Of a DNA stretch of 64,000 bases, positions 20,101-30,613 are shown one piece after another. Made by a program: the position numbers and the translations under genes. This DNA comes from a virus. Numbering within the stretch: the first letter of the stretch is position 1; every line of letters begins with the position of its first letter. The notes beneath the pieces were generated by a model. It saw only the letters and a list, made by a program, of their open reading frames with translations, made no database searches and was not told the DNA's origin. The stretch is from IMG/VR virus record IMGVR_UViG_3300025162_000043, positions 1 to 64,000 of that record, one strand, 5' to 3'.

Positions 20101-23100
20101 CCCATTCAAGTTCGCCATACTTCGACTTAAGCATATCGAAGAAATGACCAATGCTGTTATCCATACCCCCGCCCTCACCCATACCAGTAAATTTATACCA
20201 CACAAAACCTTCTTCAAAAATCTTGAACTTGTCTTTTGTCTTGTAATTCTCGTATGTGTTAGTTGTTGCATTGAACACAAATCCTGCCTGTAGAACTGCT
20301 TTATGATCCGAGTCAATCAATTTAACTGCTTTATTTGTGACCGAATACGTATTCCATTCGGGAACCGTTGGTGAGTAATTCTTTGGGTCCAACGGATAGA
20401 TTTTCTTTGGCGCTCCTGTGGATGTTCCCATAAGAAAATATTTCTCAATTCTCAATTGAATTTGACTGAAATCTTTCGAGCAAAAATACCGTGGGTTTCC
20501 TTCTGCGGTATGATAAAAATAAACAATAGTCCCATTCTTATCGAAACGAACGGCCTGCCAACTAGTTCCAACTTTACCATTGATATCTTTCCAAGAGTAC
20601 ATCGCACTATCTGGCATCCATTCAAACCCATAAGCATCTAACTCTTTATGTATCCAATCTTCTGGCTTGATATTAGTCGGATTTTTTTTCGGTGCATACG
20701 GTTGATATGGCGTCCACCCATTTGGAGCATTGAAATAGTTGGCATCACCTTTCTTAAGAGCATCATCTTCGGATTGAACAAAATTTCCAAAGTCGGCATT
20801 CTCTATCTTTTTTATGGTGACCAAAACATAATATAAATCAGAACTTGAGAATTCTCTATAGGTATAAATTTTTTCATCCGTTGTATGAGGATGACTTATG
20901 ACATAAACATTACCAGTCCATTTAATACATGTTCCCACGAACTCATTATACTTTTTGTAATAACTCTTCGTCGAGGGGTCATACTCAAATCCACGATTCC
21001 CAAAATCCTTATGAGCAAACGGCGGAGCTTGAAAACTATCTAAGTCGAGGAACGTCTGGGAAGCATTAGGCTTATTAATGGCAACATTAACTGGCTCCAA
21101 GGGTCCAGGCAAATCCTGCTGAGTATCAACAGGAATAGTCTTAATATTACCAGCTAATTTATGCTTCCATCGCTTCCAAATAAAAGCCAAGACGATAAGA
21201 ATCTTACCTTCTTCCGTTTGTTCTTCTGTATCTTTCTCAAAGTATTGCCAAATAGCATAGCCCGTATCATACGCAGTAAATACTTCATATTTGTCATCTT
21301 TTATGGCGTCTTTATTTATGGCTTCTTGAACTTTAGACATATCATTCGAGCCAAGCTCTTTGATATACTTCATGTTTGCCTTATCAAAATGAAATCCGAG
21401 CTGTTTCATTATAGCATCATCATGAGGATTGAGTTGAATCTCCACTACATTGCCTCCAACATCGGACTTGTAATCTTGATTACTAAATACACTGTGTTTA
21501 ACCACTACGAACTTCAAAGCATGAGGAATGTTATCAAACGTAGTAACCTCCCCGTTTTCAGGTTTATCGGGATGACCGAAATAATCAATATATTCCGCCT
21601 TTCCTGTATCAAAAAATTTAATAATATTTCCCTGCGGATTTTTATAGAGAGGATTTTCCGATGGAAATGGCATAAACTCCATCAATTGGAGTAATTCCGC
21701 ATCATGAACATTCAGCCAAATCATATCAGCATTTCCCTCAACATCATGAGTCTTGTATGCCTTGCCACTAGGAGTCATCGCACCCATTTCATGGTCTGTA
21801 TCTTCCTGAGATGGCATGGCGGCAATAAACATCTGGTCAATAGCTTCTTCATTAACACCAGGAGTAACATTCGCTAACGCCTTCTCCAAAAACTTAGGCT
21901 GGTCATCCTTGAGAATGCCAAATCCTTTCGCTCCTTGACTAAAATGCCAATTGATGGCTTTCTCATACAATTCAAAGTAAAATCCACTCGGGTGAACCCA
22001 CTTATTTCCATATGCGGACAGATTCTCAGACTTGAATCCTTTGCTCTTAAGAAGATCAAGGATTTCGGGACCGGGATAATACATCTCACCCTGGTCATTC
22101 AATGGTCCTTCCGCCTGGCCAAGATTATGTCCATCGGCATCCTTAATAGACTTGTGAGTAACAAGGTTTGTAATATTATTCTTAATCCATTCGACCATCG
22201 CATCTTTATGATGCTCTACAAATGTGTAAACTCTGTACATGCCACTTGGATCGTCTGACACCGCCTGTCTAATATACCACACGACATTGGTTCCGACTAT
22301 CTTTTTGCCGATAGCAAACTTCAAAACATTTCCGCCAAGAATATGAATTTCTCCATTCTCACTGGCATGGCTGGATTGGAAATAAATACTATCAATACTT
22401 CCCGCTGGTGCTCCTATGTCTTTTAAATCCTTCGTGATAAGATTTTTAGCATTAAAATCATTCGTAAGAATACTACCATCATTCGTAGAGAATTTGTCAG
22501 GAGTAAGACCATAAGAGGCACTAGGATTTGCTTCCAAAAAGGTAACTACTTGATACGGATATTTATATAGATGCAGACCAAACTCCTTAACAAGTTTGTT
22601 CATATCAGAAATACGACAAACTGGTTTACTCTCATCAACCTTTCGGTTATAGAATACTGCCCGATAACCATGCGAATTGTAGTAAGCGGCAACTGAATTG
22701 GTTTCATGACTTGGCTTAAAGATCCATCCCAGTTTCTTCATCCTATCGTCATCTTCTTTCGTCAGCCGAATAGAATAGACATTCGTGTAATGCCCGAGAT
22801 CATCATAATAACTCTTGGCGTAATCATCGTCGGAAGATTGTTGTGATGGCCATTGAGACGTTGTTGACATTCCTGCAGCACCAGACAAATAATTCTTCAA
22901 ATCTTGGTTGTTGGTAAATGCTAGATTCGCTTGGGTTGCGGGAAATACTATCTCGGAATTACCATCCAAGGTATAATAATGAAGTTTAGTTCCGTTAGAA
23001 TGCAAGAATATAAGATCTGTGCCTTCTTGAGAATTTTCTTGGCCGTGATATACAAATCCCGATTTAATAATAATATCATTAAGTGATTCGTCCCCCGTGG

Positions 23101-26100
23101 ACCATCCAAGGCCAACATAATCATCGCTATATTCCAACAATATATCAATGCGTTTAGCTAAATCGTATGTACTCTCATATGAAAACGATATTGGATCACT
23201 ATCGTCCACCGTTTGCATAACACCGCCAGATGGAAATGGCACAACTATTAATTTATCATTCGTCCATTTAAACCCCATCTCAGTTAATTGGTCTTCAATT
23301 TTCTGAAACTTTCCTTTCACAAGAACTTGAGTAAAATATGCATCAATCCAACTCTTCGGCTTCAAATACTTATCCGTAAGATATTGCTTTAAAATAGCAT
23401 ATGTATTGAAGAAAAATGACTTGGGCTTCGATGTCCCTGCCAGAACTGATCGGGCAGGAGTAACTGTAGAACTACCATCCGCATGAAGTTCAACATGGTC
23501 AATAACTGGTTTAAGATTTGAAATACTAGTCTTATCCCACTTCGTAGTCCATTGGTGAAACTTATTCTCGGTTTTGAATCCAATAACTTCCAACTGATTT
23601 TGTATATCTATGAGTTCAGAGGATACCTTATTCTCATACTTCATTTCCATCCAAGCAATAAGTTCAGGAATAGTCTTGAATCCCACCATCACTTTACTCC
23701 CACTTGGAGTTTCCTTAGTTTCCTTATACCATACACGAGAACTTCCATCGTCGAAGAGATAAATACGCTCATCCTCATCATTATCATACACTTTGGCATT
23801 CTTGGAAACATTAGCATCAAGCGCAAGCGTTGTTGTATTAATGTAATTATATCCAGCATTGGCCATCAACGAAGCCAACTTGCCTTCGGGCACAATATTT
23901 CCTTCATCAGGAAGAGGCTCATTTTTCATCTCCTTAGAAATAACATCATATATTTCCTCCCAAGAGTTTGCCGTGGATATAATTTTCCATTCGTCAAAAC
24001 TATTATTGGCTTCAAATAACTTGTAAGTTCCGTCGGCCATCTTGGAAAGGACATAATTCTTCCCGCCTGAATCTAATTCGCCCGTCTCAATAAAGACATA
24101 TGGAACCTTTCCCCCCGACTCCTTGGAAGTCATATACTTTCGACGAACTTTAGCTTTCGGCTTATACTCCTTGACCAAATCCTTTATAATCTTTAATTCA
24201 TCATCATCAATTTTATCTACTTCTGTCGGCTCTTCTTTAACATAACTGTTGAGGTAATAATCAAGATACACAAGCATTTTTTCAAATGTATTAAATTTCC
24301 TAATAGGGAAATAAGCATCATTAACTCCTTTGGAAATTACATATTCACCTTCATCTTTAGTAATCTTCAACCACACCTTATGAACAGGATCGGAAATACC
24401 TAAACTATACGCTTCTTCTGGAGACGAAGTATCCTCCGTCAACTTTTTAGTGTACATTGTGGAGATAGTAAGTTTAAACTTCTTAACCAACTTCTTCAAC
24501 TCTTCCACTTCGGTTACAGATAATTTCTCAGGGTTATGAGATGGAGTTGTCTTTGCTAATGGATGCTTAAGCTTGGAATTCTTCAATGCTTTAGCAATAT
24601 GAGTGACCAAATCTTCAATATAAGCCGTCAATTCATTGAACGTAGAAACTTGCTTCTGAATTATCCACTCGCCATTTTTATTCGTATGATTATCCGTATA
24701 AACTCGATAAACATTCTCTTCTTTTGTTATCTTGTAATTCACACTATTATCGCCTACCCATCCCCAAATAATCATCGCATCTCCCGTAGGATCATACCCA
24801 CTAAGATTAGGTAAGTGTTCAATAACAATATCTCCGATTGTCTTTTTCTCGTCGTCAAGCAATTTGGTCGGCACATCACCAGCAGGTGGAGGTTCTCCTA
24901 AATGAACAAGGAACTCGTCATTGTTCCCATCCATGTTCGGCAACCCATGCAGCTTGATATAGTCCAAGAACTGACCGAGATTCTCAATGGCCCATTTAGT
25001 CTTTGCAAGGCCACACGGCCCGCCCGTAACTTGCATAATGTAAACCCGTAACGCCTTAATGGCATTTACTTTTTTCGAATGTAATATTGTAAATTTATCT
25101 TGCTCTAGAAACTCACCACTATTTAACAGATTAAGAATACTATTATTAAATTTCGCTGCCGTGTCTGGAACCTGCCCCTTCAAATAGTAAATCTGGAACC
25201 AATTTGTAAATACTTGTGGATTCTTAGTGTGAATTGGTCCCATCACTCCCTTATGCGTATAAGTCACTGCACCATGTGGTCCCACTGAAATAGTTTCGTT
25301 ACCACCTTTAACATAAGTAAGTGACTTACCTTCCTCGGGCTTAATGGAATTGAAATTGGCACTCGTAGCTAAATCACCAATCATCTTCAATATTTCAGGA
25401 TGAACTTCTGCTTGACTCGCTATCGCAGACAATATGGAGTGGATACGAGCAATAATACCTGCTAAAGTTGGCGAATTGTCTTTGGGTTTGTTCTGGTCAT
25501 CATTAATTTGATAAAAATTGCCAAGTTTCCCAATACTAAATATTATAGTCCCTGGTTCATCAAACTTTGGCTTATGAGTAACTTCAACATAAGCACTCTG
25601 TCCATATGCCGCATGAACATATTCGGACCATACACTTTCTCCATAGCTATCAACTGCTTCTTTAATTTGTTGATAATCCTTTAATGTAATACCTTCTGCG
25701 GGTTTGTCTGTGGGTTTGTCTGGGGCCTCTATCTTATAAGGCTTCAATTGCTCATGCAAATATAAAATTAATTTTTCCCACTCTGGCGCAATAACTACAG
25801 GTTCAAGTATTGGAGAATCAAACAACGGTATTTTTTGGAGGTGAAATTTATTATCAAGTTTTCGAATGGTATAGAGCGTATCGACACCATCTTTAGCCAC
25901 GATGTGAATATAAGCATTTCCAATCGGGTGATCAATATACTTAACTTTGGCAGTTAATCCATAACTAAACACAATCGCCTCAATGATTCCTATCTCTGTT
26001 TCCGATAAAGAATTATTCAAGTTTTGGAGAGATGGGTCTGCAGGCTCTATCTTATAAGGCTTCAATTGCTCATGCAAACATGAAATCATCTTATCCCAAT

Positions 26101-29100
26101 CTGGTGTAAAAACTATACTATTAGCAGATGATGGACCACTGAAACCAACCGAAGGCAGTTTGTTGAAATGAAATTTATTATCAAGTTTTCGAATGTTATA
26201 GAGCGTGTCGATACCATCTTTAGCCATGATGGCTATATAAGCATTTGCTCCAATCTTGGAACCAATATGCTTAACTTTGGCAGTTAATCCATAGCTCTGC
26301 ACAATCTCTTCAATGATTCCCATCTCTGTTTCCGATAAAGAATTAGCTGACTGCGAAAGGGATGGTATAGTTGCCAAATAATTAACTAGAACGTCAGGAG
26401 TATCAAAGTGTTGAGATTCTCCATCGGAAGTTTTAGATATAGACTTCTTATTGCTCTTATCATAGACAATAATTTGACCCGTTGAATTATTCTTATATAC
26501 GTTAACAGTGTCAGAAGTCCCGTCTATTAACTTGAATCCAGAACTGGCGAGTACTACATCAATCTCTTGGTCAGAAGGAGGGGTTAATATTTTTTTTTTG
26601 TCTTGCGGAATATTCTTAAGATATGCGACAAGTGCTGGTAAACTGTCAAAAGTACTCATACTACCTGCGCCATCAACCAATGTGGACTTCGGGAAAGGCT
26701 TAATAGTAATAGTAGAATCATAACCAAAACTATTAGGCTTAATATACTTGCTTATAACCGGATCCCAGTTAAACCCCGCAGTAGAAAGAATTTTTTCATA
26801 CATTGCTCCCGCTTTGGACCCCTTTGGTGAATCCTGTGGTGGAGCTAAAATAGGAGACTGTGTGGCTCCTGAATAATTGACCTTTAACCATTCCAAAGCC
26901 TCTTCAATTTTCTTGGTAATAACAACCGAAATATGGTCCTTGTTGAGAACAAGAATCTTGGCAACATCATTCGGAAAGAACTTGACTGTATCGGCAATAG
27001 TCTTATGAACATACCATACATCAGTGCCTACCATCTTTGGTTCAAATCCTAATTTCTTTATTTCATTCTCATCTTCTGTAGTTAGACGAATGGTATGAGA
27101 AGGTGGTTTATCAATGCCTACATGAGCCGTGTAAGATGCCTTTGATAACGAGGGATAACCCATTGGAGTCGATGATACCTGCGCCATAATTGATGGACTA
27201 GTGGGCGCAAAGATTTGATGCGCTACCTCCGATGCAACTTGAGTAAGCAGCGAGAAATTATCTTCGACAAAACTATAAGTCTGATTCCAGTTGGCAAAAT
27301 GCCAATTTTCATTTTTTCCATCAGTAAGAAAATGGGTAACCACATAGTTCTTGCCCTCGGAAGAAATAGCTTTCTTTTGAATAATAAGAGAAATAAAATC
27401 ATACCCTCCAATCGTGATTGCAAAAGTCACACTTACACCTGGCATAGCATTGGGTACAACTTTAATGCCACTGTGTTGACTTGCGAGAATTTGTAATGTA
27501 TGCACTTCGACCGAAGACATTGCATTGCTGGATTCAGGAGTAATATAAGTGACTGGTGGAGGTGCCCCCACAGATGGAGACGTAGGAACAGCTTTGGACG
27601 GAATAATCTTTGGCGGAGGCGCTGTCATCGACAAACCAATCCATGCCTTACCTTCATCATACTCTGAACTTGGTAATGGCAATGCATTAGCCGTCATATT
27701 TTTGCAATGCTCAAATGCAGCACTCCAATTGTCAGATTTAACACCAATCATTCCAGTGGACTTGACACATCCCATAAACGTTCCGTCGGAAAATGCATAG
27801 AACTGGAATCTATTATCGTTCGGAAGATGTGCCTTATAATAACTATTTGAAGGTCTCCATGCCATCTTGCATTCTTCTAGCAATTTGGTTTCCTTATCGG
27901 CACTCAACTTAATTTTAACCTTTTCCGAAAGATATTTATCCTTTTCCGACATTTTCGTCGGAGTTGATGGTGCATAATTATACTGCCCAGGCGTAGATTT
28001 AACGAAAGAACTAGCATAATGCTTTAGTATTTCTTCAAGCTCTGGCCAAGTGGCAAATACTTGAACATCGGCATCCATCGAATCTGCAATAGAAAATAAT
28101 CCATTCTTATGAAACTTTACTGTATATTTGTAATTAACAGTCTCATTCTTCTTATTCGTAAATGGAGCGTGAACAGTCCATTCCTCCCCCGACGGGGACT
28201 TCACAAATTTGTTCTTCTCCAAAAATGTCTGTTGCTCTGGTGTAAACGGTTGAACAGGACTATGAATGGTCGATTGAATGTCCTTCTCTATCTCTGGATG
28301 TTTGCTAACATACGGAAGTACACGTAGAATAAGCCGCTGAATAAGTGTAGATACATTTGGAAGATAGCGAGATAAACTGATAATTTTAGCACGACGATCC
28401 AATTCAATTGTTGGAACATACATACCACCCTTATCCAAAAGTTCTCCATTATTATGATACAAATCATAGATATGATCAATCTGACCCGCCATTGCCTCAA
28501 TATCTTTGCTTTTCGCTTTTGGCATCAAACTCATGTATGCTTCTACACCAGCCCCCCACTTAGGTCCACCATAACCCTGATTCCATTTAAACTTGTTATA
28601 GCCAAGCATGATGTCGTTCCATGTTAATCCCGATTTATCAATTGCCTTCTTGAGTTTAAGAATAGTGTGAGGACTAAGACGACCAACAGCATAACTTGGG
28701 TTGTTAATACTCTCGGTGAATCCTGTAAGTCCTTTTTTATACTTAAGCAAATACTTATTCGTAAGTACTTTTTTCTGATCTATCCACTGCTTAAGTTTGT
28801 CCTTATTAACTTTCTTAAGTTCATCCGAATAATCAACTGGATCATCTTCTGACTCGGCTCCTGGTGGAACTTCCACAGGAGGCATGTCATAATCAGTATC
28901 ATCAGGCTCCAATGGCGTTTGAACTACTGAAGGTTCTTCTGGTTCTGGCTCAGGTTCAGCTTTCGGTTCAATAGGAGGCTTACCTACTATTGGCTCAACA
29001 GGCTCAGCGGAAGCCGCATCCGCAGGATCAGGAGACATTGGCGAGTAATACTTACAGAACTTTAATAGACGCTTGACAGCATCTTCATTCCCCTTCATAA

Positions 29101-29833
29101 CCGGAATTTTCTCGGCAACAGCAGCATTAAATTCTGATTTGGAAATCTTACCCGAATTTTTATTATAAATTCCAACCAACTTATGACGAAACAGTTGCCA
29201 GTCGGGACAAAGAGAAATAAAATATCGAAATTCTTGAACTAGCGTAAGACGCAAATGCGCCATTAACATATCAGAAACTTGAATAACAACTTCGTCAAAC
29301 ACTTGATCAATAATCTTACGAAGTCTGAAAGGAACAATAGAAACTCCACTTGGATGAAATTCAACATCATTCCAATCGGGAACAAAGAAAACACCCATAG
29401 TATTCCCACCTTGTAGACCAGCCTGAGCGATAGCACTTTTGTATTTATGTTTTTGCTGTGGAGTAAATTCCCCCGCATACTTCGGATTATTAAGATCTGG
29501 ATCTGGTATCGGACTTCCCACAAATCTATGCATTAATTCTATCGCGTAAAAATCATAAAATATCCGTGTAGCACTCTCACAAGTCTTGGGATCGCTCTTT
29601 CCTTTCTTAAGTATGTTCACAAAGGGAGCTTTATAGTGAAGCCTAATTGCAGTTGAAGAACCAGCTTTCGCTTTGGGATCATATTCAAATGTTGATTCTT
29701 CTCCCGCTGGATTAGTGTAATTCATCGTCGCTTCTGTCAAAGCGTTATCAATCTCAATTGAACTATACCCATGCATTATAGGTTGCCTTATTTGAATCGA
29801 TTGATACAATTGGTCTTTAAGTAAAATAGCCAT
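17105..29833 (-). CDS. Giant 4242-aa modular repeat protein, function unknown
   Basis: Uninterrupted 12.7-kb ORF with internal duplications; TATTTATA motif upstream. Confidence 0.85.
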   Translation of the reverse strand: MAILLKDQLYQSIQIRQPIMHGYSSIEIDNALTEATMNYTNPAGEESTFEYDPKAKAGSSTAIRLHYKAPFVNILKKGKSDPKTCESATRIFYDFYAIELMHRFVGSPIPDPDLNNPKYAGEFTPQQKHKYKSAIAQAGLQGGNTMGVFFVPDWNDVEFHPSGVSIVPFRLRKIIDQVFDEVVIQVSDMLMAHLRLTLVQEFRYFISLCPDWQLFRHKLVGIYNKNSGKISKSEFNAAVAEKIPVMKGNEDAVKRLLKFCKYYSPMSPDPADAASAEPVEPIVGKPPIEPKAEPEPEPEEPSVVQTPLEPDDTDYDMPPVEVPPGAESEDDPVDYSDELKKVNKDKLKQWIDQKKVLTNKYLLKYKKGLTGFTESINNPSYAVGRLSPHTILKLKKAIDKSGLTWNDIMLGYNKFKWNQGYGGPKWGAGVEAYMSLMPKAKSKDIEAMAGQIDHIYDLYHNNGELLDKGGMYVPTIELDRRAKIISLSRYLPNVSTLIQRLILRVLPYVSKHPEIEKDIQSTIHSPVQPFTPEQQTFLEKNKFVKSPSGEEWTVHAPFTNKKNETVNYKYTVKFHKNGLFSIADSMDADVQVFATWPELEEILKHYASSFVKSTPGQYNYAPSTPTKMSEKDKYLSEKVKIKLSADKETKLLEECKMAWRPSNSYYKAHLPNDNRFQFYAFSDGTFMGCVKSTGMIGVKSDNWSAAFEHCKNMTANALPLPSSEYDEGKAWIGLSMTAPPPKIIPSKAVPTSPSVGAPPPVTYITPESSNAMSSVEVHTLQILASQHSGIKVVPNAMPGVSVTFAITIGGYDFISLIIQKKAISSEGKNYVVTHFLTDGKNENWHFANWNQTYSFVEDNFSLLTQVASEVAHQIFAPTSPSIMAQVSSTPMGYPSLSKASYTAHVGIDKPPSHTIRLTTEDENEIKKLGFEPKMVGTDVWYVHKTIADTVKFFPNDVAKILVLNKDHISVVITKKIEEALEWLKVNYSGATQSPILAPPQDSPKGSKAGAMYEKILSTAGFNWDPVISKYIKPNSFGYDSTITIKPFPKSTLVDGAGSMSTFDSLPALVAYLKNIPQDKKKILTPPSDQEIDVVLASSGFKLIDGTSDTVNVYKNNSTGQIIVYDKSNKKSISKTSDGESQHFDTPDVLVNYLATIPSLSQSANSLSETEMGIIEEIVQSYGLTAKVKHIGSKIGANAYIAIMAKDGIDTLYNIRKLDNKFHFNKLPSVGFSGPSSANSIVFTPDWDKMISCLHEQLKPYKIEPADPSLQNLNNSLSETEIGIIEAIVFSYGLTAKVKYIDHPIGNAYIHIVAKDGVDTLYTIRKLDNKFHLQKIPLFDSPILEPVVIAPEWEKLILYLHEQLKPYKIEAPDKPTDKPAEGITLKDYQQIKEAVDSYGESVWSEYVHAAYGQSAYVEVTHKPKFDEPGTIIFSIGKLGNFYQINDDQNKPKDNSPTLAGIIARIHSILSAIASQAEVHPEILKMIGDLATSANFNSIKPEEGKSLTYVKGGNETISVGPHGAVTYTHKGVMGPIHTKNPQVFTNWFQIYYLKGQVPDTAAKFNNSILNLLNSGEFLEQDKFTILHSKKVNAIKALRVYIMQVTGGPCGLAKTKWAIENLGQFLDYIKLHGLPNMDGNNDEFLVHLGEPPPAGDVPTKLLDDEKKTIGDIVIEHLPNLSGYDPTGDAMIIWGWVGDNSVNYKITKEENVYRVYTDNHTNKNGEWIIQKQVSTFNELTAYIEDLVTHIAKALKNSKLKHPLAKTTPSHNPEKLSVTEVEELKKLVKKFKLTISTMYTKKLTEDTSSPEEAYSLGISDPVHKVWLKITKDEGEYVISKGVNDAYFPIRKFNTFEKMLVYLDYYLNSYVKEEPTEVDKIDDDELKIIKDLVKEYKPKAKVRRKYMTSKESGGKVPYVFIETGELDSGGKNYVLSKMADGTYKLFEANNSFDEWKIISTANSWEEIYDVISKEMKNEPLPDEGNIVPEGKLASLMANAGYNYINTTTLALDANVSKNAKVYDNDEDERIYLFDDGSSRVWYKETKETPSGSKVMVGFKTIPELIAWMEMKYENKVSSELIDIQNQLEVIGFKTENKFHQWTTKWDKTSISNLKPVIDHVELHADGSSTVTPARSVLAGTSKPKSFFFNTYAILKQYLTDKYLKPKSWIDAYFTQVLVKGKFQKIEDQLTEMGFKWTNDKLIVVPFPSGGVMQTVDDSDPISFSYESTYDLAKRIDILLEYSDDYVGLGWSTGDESLNDIIIKSGFVYHGQENSQEGTDLIFLHSNGTKLHYYTLDGNSEIVFPATQANLAFTNNQDLKNYLSGAAGMSTTSQWPSQQSSDDDYAKSYYDDLGHYTNVYSIRLTKEDDDRMKKLGWIFKPSHETNSVAAYYNSHGYRAVFYNRKVDESKPVCRISDMNKLVKEFGLHLYKYPYQVVTFLEANPSASYGLTPDKFSTNDGSILTNDFNAKNLITKDLKDIGAPAGSIDSIYFQSSHASENGEIHILGGNVLKFAIGKKIVGTNVVWYIRQAVSDDPSGMYRVYTFVEHHKDAMVEWIKNNITNLVTHKSIKDADGHNLGQAEGPLNDQGEMYYPGPEILDLLKSKGFKSENLSAYGNKWVHPSGFYFELYEKAINWHFSQGAKGFGILKDDQPKFLEKALANVTPGVNEEAIDQMFIAAMPSQEDTDHEMGAMTPSGKAYKTHDVEGNADMIWLNVHDAELLQLMEFMPFPSENPLYKNPQGNIIKFFDTGKAEYIDYFGHPDKPENGEVTTFDNIPHALKFVVVKHSVFSNQDYKSDVGGNVVEIQLNPHDDAIMKQLGFHFDKANMKYIKELGSNDMSKVQEAINKDAIKDDKYEVFTAYDTGYAIWQYFEKDTEEQTEEGKILIVLAFIWKRWKHKLAGNIKTIPVDTQQDLPGPLEPVNVAINKPNASQTFLDLDSFQAPPFAHKDFGNRGFEYDPSTKSYYKKYNEFVGTCIKWTGNVYVISHPHTTDEKIYTYREFSSSDLYYVLVTIKKIENADFGNFVQSEDDALKKGDANYFNAPNGWTPYQPYAPKKNPTNIKPEDWIHKELDAYGFEWMPDSAMYSWKDINGKVGTSWQAVRFDKNGTIVYFYHTAEGNPRYFCSKDFSQIQLRIEKYFLMGTSTGAPKKIYPLDPKNYSPTVPEWNTYSVTNKAVKLIDSDHKAVLQAGFVFNATTNTYENYKTKDKFKIFEEGFVWYKFTGMGEGGGMDNSIGHFFDMLKSKYGELEWGFHPLSKYEIDQLKSKMKIIGFAEQTNKLVPNDLYFDKLLPDNKTTLKIKEVVVVFPNHTMEFCLYDTAGVDRLLGSFVFESLTYGLHVLEDHNTSGIKLLLATDLSAELILQGFIYVSEETRYEHAFGSGGLKVCITFFGNGQAQAQLMRPDNSEGYEEVKEKKFTNFYDAILWSASKNFEASTPEHSTMSSLKQSDEVPYSGHDYNQPSKDPKKKPVYTTISLILQDEETLNKMGFHRVQTEHMIWYEKVGIAQLVEFFGDGHASIKDMGIGTKKDQFPTVKECLQFLWDKFKPSGTGTTSGIGTTIKGKILPPQEIGTSTKGKVSSPMPFSEYDYSGWAKNTKHNPDATIKLVPADDLVMQKLGWVTSQDNNDAYYYSNSKNGDIIYFFVNGHARMIDSTGKKFDFITVKSVMEQLWITSPLSTAHEKEPIVEKIKEKIKEFGFKYIDTNSPKSYPILFTKFTSTFQYAINYHVEKQTIEFTKSNAKPTKGYHKILEEWTLSVPEAIEKLETLFGGSPSIKGNKKKKVLAGTEDMPWSGTDYLQWGKVALKVIGTGKGMSIHLAEVHTLKQMGWNEVGNSKVGYSYENGNEKMIFHPSGFTEYWSDKNGQPTQNWQEIEMPIRWLWKNKGSAKQSDEVPYSGHDYNQPSEDPKKKPVYTTISLIPQDEETLNKMGFVRVKTENVIWYEKTGIGQFVEFFADGHASINDMGTGTKKDQFPTVKECLQFLWDKFKPSIQGNEKKKVLAGTEDMEDMPYSGATYKIKDSHHYPTTVNLYDENVLKSIGFERDTNVKGYFKKISDTIDEVFEVFDDGTSQWRTWTTPDANAPLLVISTDPTKFSSVKEGMEFLWNKHKPSTQKKPKVTGEMTYSGTDYAEWWKNYWADVPPNTSIALNSDDVHTLAKIGFVEKINDGPDTDIAFKVIYENKGGTDRAFFFASGIGAYWKTPEDGPYYHNTVKDLMQFLWDKYSVFIEEGIIKDLVSMIMEHPHTAKLLK
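17888..19520 (-). repeat. Near-identical ~310-nt intragenic duplication (about 17888-18197 and 19210-19520)
   Basis: KQSDEVPYSGHDYNQPS...CLQFLWDKFKPS occurs twice. Confidence 0.9.
25723..26345 (-). repeat. Tandem ~110-aa intragenic duplication
   Basis: SLSETE(M/I)GIIE...HEQLKPYKIE occurs twice. Confidence 0.9.
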
Positions 29834-29916
29834 AATTTGTTACATAGTATAAATATACAGGAACAGTGGAAAGGAAAAAAAAAAAAGAATGGGACGAATA
29901 TGATATATTTATTCTA

Positions 29917-30546
29917 ATGCAACAAAAAGATAAAATACCAAAATGGAAACGTATCTTAGACTATACATTAATTATAATATTATCTCCTATCTTACTTATA
30001 ATTGGTGCTGGTATAGCCCTATCGATAAAACTGAGTTCACATGGTCCAATACTATTTTGCCAACAACGTATAGGACTAAACGGAAAAGAATTCACATGTT
30101 ACAAATTTAGAACAATGCATCGGAATGCAAATGCTAAAATACACCACAATTACGTACGTCAGTTAATTGAGAAAGAAATTCCAATGATTAAATTGGATAT
30201 TCGGGGTGATACTAGATTATTATTCTTCGGAGCCACTCTGCGCGCCACTGGATTAGATGAACTTCCACAACTAATCAACGTACTATGTGGAGACATGAGC
30301 ATTGTCGGTCCACGCCCATGCACATTATATGAATACAAATTATATGCGCCTCGGGATTATAAAAGATTCAGTGTAGCCCCTGGACTAACTGGACTTTGGC
30401 AGGTTAGTGGTAAAAATAAAACCACATTCAAACACATGATTCACTTAGATATCGAATACTCCCAACATTTTAGTATTTGGTTGGATTTGAAAATTATACT
30501 GAAAACTTTTCCAACTCTCATTAAACAATGCTTGAATATTCACTAA
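29917..30546 (+). CDS. Bacterial sugar transferase (priming phosphoglycosyltransferase, WcaJ/PglC-like domain)
   Basis: KRILD-TM, FCQQRIG, YKFRTM, LDELPQLINVLCGDMSIVGPRP, PGLTGLWQVSG. Confidence 0.93.
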   Translation: MQQKDKIPKWKRILDYTLIIILSPILLIIGAGIALSIKLSSHGPILFCQQRIGLNGKEFTCYKFRTMHRNANAKIHHNYVRQLIEKEIPMIKLDIRGDTRLLFFGATLRATGLDELPQLINVLCGDMSIVGPRPCTLYEYKLYAPRDYKRFSVAPGLTGLWQVSGKNKTTFKHMIHLDIEYSQHFSIWLDLKIILKTFPTLIKQCLNIH

Positions 30547-30556
30547 TCGAACCCAC

Positions 30557-30606
30557 ATCAACAACCCCTACCCTAAAGGGACAGGGGCTTCCTTGCTCCC
30601 AAGGAT
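30557..30606 (-). mobile_element. 50-nt single-hairpin IS200/IS605 derivative
   Basis: TTCAC|ATCCTTGGGAGCAAGGAAGCCCCTGTCCCTTTAGGGTAGGGGTTGTTGAT. Confidence 0.7.
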
Positions 30607-30613
30607 GTGAAAT

